A stretch of DNA of 60,381 bases, counting the filler, from Porpidia crustulata (Eukaryota): the NCBI GenBank assembly GCA_964255105.1. It is 9 parts of 9 records of this genome, joined end to end, with 100 filler letters (N's around TTAATTAATTAA, not from the genome) between each part and the next. Parts side by side here need not be neighbours in the genome. Positions count along the whole stretch, not along the records: positions 47,058 to 53,670 come from CAXUWE010001498.1; positions 53,771 to 60,381 come from CAXUWE010001499.1; 7 more parts are not named here. The stretch is one strand, 5' to 3'. A program made the translations under genes and the position numbers. This document shows, piece by piece, positions 51,489 through 60,381 of the stretch. The stretch's first letter is position 1; the number at the start of each line of letters is the position of its first letter. Under the pieces are notes generated by a model. It was not told where the DNA came from and searched no databases. It was given only the letters and a program-made list of their open reading frames with translations.

Positions 51489-53506
51489 ATGGGAGACCTC
51501 GAGCCAACGGAGACTTCACCGCTGCTTGCTAAATCTACAATTGTCATACCAGAGCCTGGCCATGCACCGGTGGGCGCCTTGCCAGCAGATAATGGTGCCA
51601 GTGGAAATTTCGCTGGGCGTGCTAAGTATACGGAAGATGAGGAAGGCCAGGGAGAGCCGGACCGCAATGCGCAGTACGAGGGCATGCCGGAGGTCAGAGC
51701 GAAGTTGAAATATATCATGCCTGCCATTGCTGTCGGGGTACGTTCACTGCTTCTTCGAGAGATTACCATTGTTCAATTTCAGTCAGATATTCCTGTCCGC
51801 TGGCGACCAGACCATTATCGTGTCAAGCTACACAAAGATCGGAAGTGATTTGAAGGCCTTGAACAATACCTCTTGGATTGCAACGGCGTGAGTCACTTCT
51901 GGGGGCCTGGTATCATCCAAAGCTGATGTTTACTGATTGAAGCTATTTCTTGACCTTGACAGCTTTTCAACCTCTCTATGGCAAGCTGAGCGACATCTTT
52001 GGACGCAAACCTGCACTTCTCTTCGGTTATGCTATCTTTGGTACAGGGTGCCTCCTATGTGGTTTGGCCAGAAACTTGAATGAGCTCATTGCTGCTCGGG
52101 TAAGTGTGGCTAGGGTATATAATTGCAAGAGCGAAGGCTGATTGTGACGATAGGCCTTTTCAGGCATTGGTGGCGGGGGTATGACTACCGTAGTCTCTAT
52201 AATGATGAGCGACATTGTTCCTCTTCGTGAAAGAGGTGTCTGGCAAGGAATCATTAATATCATCTATGCTGCTGGTGCGGGATGTGGTGCACCTATTGGT
52301 ACGTGCTCAAGATCCTCAGACTGAGTTATCTGGCCTGATATTCTTTAGGAGGCATATTGGCCGATCAGATTTCCTGGAGATGGTGATTTCTTTCTCTTTC
52401 TGAACTAGATCTATACTAAAGCATTGTCAGGGCCTTCTTAGGACAAGCTCCACTCTGTGCGATAGCTTTCGCCAGCGTCGCTCTTATCCTTCATCTCCCA
52501 AAGAGGGATCATTCCGACTGGAAAACCAAATTACGGCGTGTCGATTTTCTTGGTGCCCTCGTCATGATCTGCGCAGTCTTTGCCCTCCTATTGGGCCTCG
52601 ATTACGGCTGTAACGTGTCATGGAGGAGTCCAATCACGATCGCATCCCTTTCAGTCTCCCTCCCACTCTTCGTACTCTTTGTAGTGATTGAAGAAAAATT
52701 GGCAGCCGAACCATTTGCCCCTAAACGCATTATTTTTGAAAGGAGTCTCTTTGCATGCTATCTTTGCAACTTTTTCAGTTTTGCGGGTTGGCTTTCTATT
52801 CTGTTCTACCTACCCCTATTCTATCAGGCTGTCAATGGATTCAGTGCTTCCCAGGCTGGAGTAAGATTACTACCCGGAATCGTTGCAGGTGTCACCGGAT
52901 CCTTGTTCGGTGGATTACTGATGAAGAAAACGGGCAAATACTACTGGCTCACCGTGAGTGCGTACACTCTATTGGCACTGGCAAACATCCCCGTCCTCCT
53001 CTGCACCGGCTACTTGACCAACAACACCTACGGCATCTCAGCCGGTCTGGCAATGGGCGGTTTCGGCAACGGAATCGGCGTCACCACCTCCCTCATTGGT
53101 CTCATCGCCAACGCGGAGCCGCAAGACCAGGCAGTCGCAACGGCTTGTTCCTATCTCTTCCGCTCCCTCGGTTCCGTCGTTGGCCTCTCGCTGTCCGCAG
53201 CTGTGGTACAGCAGTCACTACGGAATCAGTTGCGAGAGAGATTGAAGAGCGGCAAAGATGCCGAGGATATTGTCAAGAAGGTCCGCGAAAGTTTGGACTA
53301 CATCAGAACGTTGGACCCGGAGGTGCGGGAGATTGTGCGGCAGTGCTACGGAAGCGCGACGAGGCATGGGTTTGGCCTGATGTTGGGGATCGTGTTCTTC
53401 GCGATGCTGAGTAGTTGTGCGTTGTCCTTCCTTGGGATATGAATCGACCCCGGTGGCTGACGACAGGCATGCAGGGTTCATCAGAGAAAAAAGGCTTAGT
53501 CGTTGA
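51489..53506 (+). CDS. MFS 14-TM drug:H+ antiporter (DHA2, Vba-like)
   Basis: ETSPLL sorting-like motif, DQTIIVSSY, FQPLYGKLSDIFGRK, GIGGGG, SDIVPLRERG; several introns; last exon WFIREKRLSR*. Confidence 0.92.
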
Positions 53507-53670
53507 TACCCGACGAGCTATATAAACACCTCGCGCTCATACAACTAAACGTATCGAACCTGGAAGGACGAGGAACTCTCAAATTCTCACAATCACCTCA
53601 CCACGACAGTAACCGCAACCACCCCCCCTTAGCCCCCATAATCCAACCCAAAACCCCAAAAACAAATACC

Positions 53671-53770
53671 NNNNNNNNNNNNNNNNNNNNNNNNNNNNNN
53701 NNNNNNNNNNNNNNTTAATTAATTAANNNNNNNNNNNNNNNNNNNNNNNNNNNNNNNNNNNNNNNNNNNN
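53671..53770. other. Artificial contig linker
   Basis: 44 N + TTAATTAATTAA + 44 N. Confidence 0.98.
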
Positions 53771-53821
53771 CTTAGGGTTTTCGAACTAGGGGTGTAATCG
53801 AACTAGGGGTGAATACGAGTA
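53771..53821. mobile_element. Possible terminus of a TIR element at the contig edge
   Basis: 17-bp tandem unit TCGAACTAGGGGTG(TAA/AAT) x2 ending in ACGAGTA, the same terminal 7-mer as the MITE at 3259-3265. Confidence 0.4.
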
Positions 53822-54743
53822 CTAATACTACGCCAGTGTGCTTGTAATATAGGTACAGTTATAATACCTTGACGCCGACGTCTTGTAGGAAAGAAGAAGA
53901 CCACTACACCATTGTACCAGCGCCATTAGGAATCGAACCTAATTTGATTCTCAACTAACCGGTTCAACGCTTGTATGAAGCTAGAGACCGTATTTATACA
54001 TACGCTAAAGTGGTTACTTTCCTCAACATAATTTCCATCAAGCTTCAATCAAACCCGAACCCGGATGTTTAATCTCCGAGGTAGACGAAATTGAGATGAA
54101 GATATACATATCGAGACAAGACGCGTACCGCTGGTCTCTCTTGAGTACTCGAGTATCTCCCTTTCATTGCTGCCTTGACCAATCAGCCCCATTCAGTCTC
54201 TGAGTGCTCTGCTCTTCGTCCAAAACCTAGTGTCTTGGTTTTCTTCGCCAAACATCCGGTCATCCATGACCGGAGAGCCGTCAGCGGACTAATAGAGTCA
54301 TATTGGAGGGGCTCCAAGTCTTCGAATTGTAGGCGCTGGCGGAGTAATACGAGTTGCAGGTATTAATTGCATCAAATCTAGTATAGATTCAATCAAAGGA
54401 ATTATGTTCCTGGTAGTGAATTGCACACTGATAGCGGTGCTAGATATAATGGCACCACTCCACTATAATTTCAAAGCAGCTCGAAGAGAAATGACGACTA
54501 GCTGGTATAGAAAAGGTGAAGCACGTCTTGGCTCAGTTCATATAAATCTGAAGCTCACCGTTTTCTCTCTCCGGTAAAACAGACGCTTCGTAAGTGTAAT
54601 ATCATCTCGAGCCAGACTGATATAGAAAAGAAACCTTGTGTAGAAGGCCCGGGGAGCTTTGAATTCAATTCGAGAACGTGTCGTTTTTGATAGATAGTTG
54701 AAATCTTTTCTAAATTCTATATATAAGGTTATAGATTTTCTAT

Positions 54744-55981
54744 TTACATATCTATCGAAAGGGATTTCCCAAGTTTATCCCGGACAGCTATCCTGGCTTC
54801 TTGAGACATGATCGAATCCATGATGACTAACGCTGTCATTGCTTCCACGATAGGCACCGCGCGTGGAACGACACAAGGGTCGTGTCGGCCCTTGGCTTCC
54901 AATATATCTGGCTCGCCATCGTAGGTCACAGTGCTTTGAGGTTGACCAATTGTCGCAGGAGGCTTAAACGCAACACGGAAGTACACGTTCTCGCCGTTCG
55001 ATATGCCACCTTGAATCCCTCCCGAGTTGTTGGTTCTGGTGCTCAGAGAGACGTTTCCGTTCTGTCCAGGCGTGGCTGTTGGTGACTTGATGAATGAATC
55101 ATTGTGAATTGATCCGGGTACTTCGCAACCGCTGAAACCAGATCCAAACTCAAAACCTTTCGTCGATGGAATGCTCAGCATCGCATGGGCAAGAACCGCT
55201 TCTAGCTTATCGAAGCATGGTTCTCCAAGGCCGACTGGCATATTTCGTACTACACAAGTAACCGTGCCGCCAATACTGTCATGTCGAGCTTGGTGATAGG
55301 CGATGGTCTCGGCCATGCGACTTGTAGCTGCTTGGTCTGGACATCGTACTGGTAGAAATGTATCGACCTTCTCACGAGTGATCGAATTGAGGAAGTTGGA
55401 GTAGTCTGGGTTATCATTTGTTGTTATGTGATCAAACAGATACTCTGGACCCACGGAAGACACGAAGGCGACTATTTCAATCCCGTGGGCTCGCGACAAG
55501 TACGCTTCGGCAACAGCCCCAGCGGCTACACGGGCGAGTGTCTCCCTTGCACTACTTCTTCCGCCACCACTGCTCGCCTTGATGCCATATTTCTGCTGGT
55601 ATGTGTAGTCCGCGTGGCTAGGTCTCGGGAACTTGTCCATGGTCTTTCCGCCATAGTCCTTGGGTCGTTGATCTTCGTTCTTAACCAGCAGTGCTATAGG
55701 TGTGCCCAAGGTTATGCCAAATTCAGTTCCAGACTGGATCTGTACTCGGTCTTTTTCGTCACGTGGAGTAGTCAGGGCGCTCTGTCCAGGACGCCTTCGT
55801 GTGAGTTGGGGTTGGATATCAGCTTCCGTGAGCTTTAAGCCGGGAGGGCAGCCATCGATGATACATCCAACAGACAAGCAATGCGATTCTCCATAACTTC
55901 CGTTGTTTAGCAATCAAATCCGTAGAGTTTGCAGGAGGAGGCTTACGTCGTAACTCGAAAGTTATGGCCAAACGTTGACAT
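54744..55981 (-). CDS. ARO2: Chorismate synthase
   Basis: [17 protein letters not shown] across an intron; [37 protein letters not shown] and [11 protein letters not shown]. Confidence 0.97.
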
Positions 55982-56639
55982 GATAATCACAAATGCCGTA
56001 TCAAAACGACCCTAGCAGCGAAAGCGTTTACTCACGGCTTCACTGGCAGGATCAAGAAATTTCGAATGAGTAATTTTCTACGAAAGCCTCAGCCGGATAA
56101 GCCGACAGCTCCCGTCAGCCAAAGGAAATGCGCTCAGACTCAAGTAGCTTTTTCCATACACAAGAAGTAGATAGCACACAGTCTGAAAAATGTGTCAGAT
56201 TTTGGAGATCAAATCGTCACTCGCGATTGAAATGTCGATAAAGCAGTAATGCGTGCCTTACCTCGATTAAATTCAACTTCCTCACATATTTCAGTGACCT
56301 CGGATACTCACTTTCACCCCTCACTCGGTCATACCCTTCGGCCGGTCATCACGTCTAGCGTGCTAGGGCACTCTAAGCCATTCCATAACCTACCTAAGAT
56401 TGCGGACACGTCTATATGAAAGAATATAAACCCAGAGTGGTGCTGGATAATAGAAATAGAATCGTGGCTAATTTAATATCAGGTAAAGACTCGTAGCTTA
56501 AGCACGCTACATTACCAGGGGTTTCTTTCAGCAAGAATGTGGTGGATCTTCGAGACCAACGGCATCTAAAGTTGAAGAACATCTCACAATACGCACCGAC
56601 ACAAATTCAAGAAAATGACTCTATCATTGATTTGCTTCC

Positions 56640-58186
56640 ATGCCTTTCCTGTCAAAGCGCTTCGCGCCAAAAAGGGTCCATTGCCGACCTTTGCGATTCG
56701 TGACGTCTACTTGTAAGAATCTGGGGTTTTCAAGGGCTCAATCAGCCCTCAGCGCTTCCGATTTTCAAGACGCGGTGACGAGGTCTAGTACGAGATTCCA
56801 AGCCTACATCTCATACAGTGACGACCCGTATGTTAATCTTTCCATCGAGCATTTCCTCCTTCAGAAGTCCCGGCCAGAATCTACAGTCTTGTTCCTATAC
56901 GTCAACAAACCTTGCGTAGTCATAGGAAGAAACCAGAACCCATGGCTTGAGGCGAACTTGAAACTTTTGCGAGACTCCCCTACTCTGCCCATTGGCAACA
57001 AATCTGCACTAGAGAAAGAAGGCACGCAAGTGCTACTAGTCAGAAGAAGATCTGGGGGTGGCACAGTATTCCACGACCATGGAAATGTCAATTACAGCGT
57101 TATATGCCCTACTGCGGACTTCACTCGCGACAAGCACGCGGAGATGGTCGTTCGAGCTATTAGAGATACAACCCCACGAGCTCGTGTCAATGAGAGGCAC
57201 GATATCGTGGTTGATCAGGGCCATCTAAAGGTGGAAGGGGACAGGCCAGACCCGAACGATATACATCAAGCTCTCTATACTTCCGGGAACAAGCCTCCGC
57301 TCAAGGTCTCAGGATCGGCGTATAAGCTGACGAGGCAGAGATCCCTGCACCATGGAACGTGCCTCCTGGCATCCCCAAATCTGCGAGTAATACCGCAGTA
57401 TCTACGTTCTCCTGCGAGACCCTTTATGAGAGCTAGAGGCGTGGAAAGCGTTCGCTCGCCGATTGCGAATATCTACACGCACTCTGATCCAGATGTGGCT
57501 GATCTAATTATCAAATTTCAAGGCAAAGTTGCAGAAGCGTTCTTTGACATGTATGGGATTGGTAAAGAGTGTATTCATATCGATGCTGGGCTGGGCTCTA
57601 GTCAACAAGATCTTCTACACGACCATAGAACGGTCCGTTACGTTGACAAAAAGTCAACGACTATTCCTGAGATATATGCTGCAATGACAGAACTAAAAGT
57701 TGTTAGCCTACCCGAATGATTCTTCTCTCTCTACTAACATGGATTTTGTAGTCCCAGGAATGGATCTACGGACAAACGCCACAATTTACGCTATCAAGCC
57801 ATCCCCCTAAGGAAGACAATCAAGTCCATCCACAGTTGCCTACAGATCTTCCCTCGTCAGTAAGTCCTAATTCTATGCCCAGGCCTCCGTAAAAGTGCTG
57901 TTGTCCATGGATTCTATGTTTGAAGTGAATAGCTAATGCATTGTTAATGTAGACTCGGGTGTTTCTCGAAGCCAGAGCAGGCGTAATTACCTCAAGTAAG
58001 ATAAGTTTCTCATCACGGCAGGACGAGGTCATCGCCGAAACCAAGAAATTCCAAACGGCCTTGGAGGATAAGAGTATCCAGGATATCCGCCGCTTTAAGG
58101 ATATCTTAGGGGTAACCAATATTCCAAGAAGACGCGAAGCTGTTGAAAATCTATCAGGCTGGCTTGATACCATGTTCGGAAAATAA
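56640..58186 (+). CDS. AIM22: Mitochondrial lipoate-protein ligase A (Aim22/Lip3-like)
   Basis: Basic N-terminal presequence; DPYVNLSIE, VIGRNQNPW, VRRRSGGGTVFHDHGN, KVSGSAYK, HHGT and WIYGQTPQF; two 3' introns. Confidence 0.92.
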
Positions 58187-58220
58187 GCCGAATCCTTTAT
58201 CAACGCTTGTCCTTTTGAGC

Positions 58221-59573
58221 CTAGCCGCCTGGACGCATAAAGACTTTCCACAGATCATCTTCGTTATTCTTAGTCTTCAGCTCCAGGTCCCTGTCCACCT
58301 TCTCTTGCTGCTCAATCATATGGTCCACGGGCATCAACACGGCCTTCATTTCCTGGATTCTTTCATCCCAGTCCTTCTCGACTTCCGCTGGAGTCATCTT
58401 CCCCACGCTCAAGACTTTTGCCACCTTTGGAGTCATCTCCAGGCTTTCCAGGCCGCCAGGACCTGCGCAGTAGCGTAGTATCTTTTTCTCTTCGCGAAGG
58501 AAAACAATGTATAGTGCAGCCAGAGAAACCCTCAAGTACTCGTAACGACGCATGGTCGGAAAGTCATGAATATGGGTTTTGCCGTATTTCCAGGCTTCCC
58601 TTCCTGCCCTCACCCAAGTCATGATGGTGCAGCGCAGATGGGCGCGAATTTTCAATACCTCATCTCGCAAGCAGGCAATCTCATCGTCGAGGAACTCAAA
58701 ATCGCACAAAGCTTGTCGAATATGCTCTGGGATTCCTGCCGGAAAAGGGTCAAATTCAGTGGCTGGGGCGCGTTTAGTGGCTGCTGCGTACGCCATGGCT
58801 AAAGATTGATCGTCATCACTGATGGACCTGTTTATTGCTTGTACGTTCTCGATTGCCAGTTCACAAAACCGCATGTTTATCGTAGCCGCATCCTCCATAC
58901 ACAGTCGTACAGCCGATCTTAGTTCTTGTTTTCCCCGTGTTTTGTGCACAGAGAAATGGACAGGATCGTCAAAGTACTGCTTCAGAGATACCGGGACAAA
59001 TGGTCGTGATTCCTCTCCAGGACGAGCCTCATGCTTACGAGGAATTTCTTCCAAAGCCTCTATGGTGGATCTGAATTTCTTTTCACCATTAAGAAATCGA
59101 ACCACGTGTAGATGGGAATTGACGGTTGCAGTCAATAGTTGTTGCTGGAGATCAAAGATCTCGTGCCGCGTCGCAGATGTGTTCGTCGAATTCCGACCGT
59201 TCCACAAGTCATTCATCTTTTCGTGTAACGAGAGGATTTTTTTCACTTCATCGGCCGCTAGTTCATCAATCACTTCATCATATTCCACCAAGCACTGATC
59301 AACCTCCACGAGCTCGAACGTGTTCAGCTTCTCCGGTTTATCCATCATGTTCTGCCCACCGCTCCCCTCGGCCAACTTGCTATGTTCTGCTTTGATCGCG
59401 GCTTGCAAAACCTTGGCAGCCGCAGAAACCTTGGCGAAGTCCGTCTCCGCGTTGGGCCTGCGCTGACATGCTGCTCTGGTGGAGCCGTGACTGTTATTGT
59501 GAGCGTAAGGGGGCGGCTGGTTGAAAAAGGCCTTTGTGTAGCGCTTGTTACGCGTATGTTTCTTTGTCCGCAT
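58221..59573 (-). CDS. Hypothetical 450-aa helical/coiled-coil protein
   Basis: Long uninterrupted ORF with charged, helical composition; no motif recognised; the start is uncertain. Confidence 0.65.
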   Translation of the reverse strand: MRTKKHTRNKRYTKAFFNQPPPYAHNNSHGSTRAACQRRPNAETDFAKVSAAAKVLQAAIKAEHSKLAEGSGGQNMMDKPEKLNTFELVEVDQCLVEYDEVIDELAADEVKKILSLHEKMNDLWNGRNSTNTSATRHEIFDLQQQLLTATVNSHLHVVRFLNGEKKFRSTIEALEEIPRKHEARPGEESRPFVPVSLKQYFDDPVHFSVHKTRGKQELRSAVRLCMEDAATINMRFCELAIENVQAINRSISDDDQSLAMAYAAATKRAPATEFDPFPAGIPEHIRQALCDFEFLDDEIACLRDEVLKIRAHLRCTIMTWVRAGREAWKYGKTHIHDFPTMRRYEYLRVSLAALYIVFLREEKKILRYCAGPGGLESLEMTPKVAKVLSVGKMTPAEVEKDWDERIQEMKAVLMPVDHMIEQQEKVDRDLELKTKNNEDDLWKVFMRPGG

Positions 59574-60381
59574 CGTTACTATCTTGGTGGCCGCCAGGCC
59601 TAGGGGTCTTCAACGGGAACAGACGCTTCGAGCTGATGAAACTCGTCTGTGAGTTTGAGAATGCACCGAAGCGTTCGTAAACTGAGATCCAACCGTAAAG
59701 AGCCTGGGACTACGGCGCCTGCGACAGCTCTGTTCTTACATGTGCTCACGCATCGCGTCGAAAAGGATGCTGGATGTCGCCGTCCTTCGGAGCGCGTTTT
59801 GCGTTGCCATTCGATCGCGTTTCTTCAACACTGCCATTATATGTGACCAGGTCAATGGTGTCTGGAAGTGACCTTTCAAAACACCCCACTGTCGGTCGCC
59901 CTAGGAACGATTTTCACCCGCGGCAATCCGAAATTCTTGTAAGCAACCACGACCCGATCTCGACGCGATCTAGTTCTTTCCCATACCTTCCAATTCTAAC
60001 CATCAACACCAAGCCGATCGAACCACGAAAAGCCAAGCAGAATCCAAGGATCCAAGGAACGTGTGAAACACCCACTCACTTCTCCATGTCAACCCTCACT
60101 CGCACCTCCCCGAACTCTTTCATACATCGTCCCATCCCAATCCTTCATCCCCCATCCCAAATCCTAACCAGCCAACACCCTAGATCTCATGTCAACGAGT
60201 CCCGCCCAGAAAAAATCGAAAAAATCTAAGCAACTTATCAAATATTTACTCACATTCTAAAAACTTGTCCCCCCTCCCCCTACCTCTCTCTCCTCGCCAT
60301 CTAACGCTCCCCCATACAATTCTGCATAACTCTATCGTACCTTACTCTACCTTATCCTATCCTAAATCCTATCATAGATCC

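Noticed and set aside
53919..54006. Functional tRNA (Met CAT or Sec/Trp TCA)
   Set aside because: The D-arm and acceptor stem cannot be formed at proper spacing, so it is kept only as a low-interest remnant.

Overview
This is eukaryotic DNA from a filamentous ascomycete: short GT..AG introns with CTRAY branch sites and Pezizomycotina-type housekeeping genes. A lichen-forming lineage is plausible but is only an inference. The window is not one locus. It is nine unrelated contigs of about 6.6 kb, in decreasing length order (6629, 6625, 6625, 6621, 6620, 6620, 6617, 6613, 6611 bp), joined by artificial 100-nt linkers (44 N + TTAATTAATTAA + 44 N), so adjacency across a linker means nothing. I annotate 26 protein-coding genes, most of them recognisable, including ALR1-type CorA, GH3, a bicupin, an SBP56-like propeller, YRA1, VPS24, SBA1, PAC2, PRP11, TXNL1, DPH4, Mug190-like, PEX1, MCM7, two MFS transporters, GH13, an acyltransferase, 2EXR, BNA4, ARO2 and lipoate ligase. 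There is also a ~500-bp fold-back MITE with transition-biased arms. I see no CRISPR array, rRNA or convincing tRNA, and no multi-gene novel system that the sequence alone can establish. The best leads are: a secreted bicupin whose lid loop lacks the decarboxylase glutamate (oxalate-oxidase-like) and sits on a 19-nt micro-exon; its head-to-head SBP56/methanethiol-oxidase-like neighbour with a 5' frame break; a structured long intron in BNA4; the 1.1-kb YRA1 intron; and a recurring C-rich to G-rich skew flip that coincides with most contig breaks. All gene models were spliced by eye and no database searches were run.
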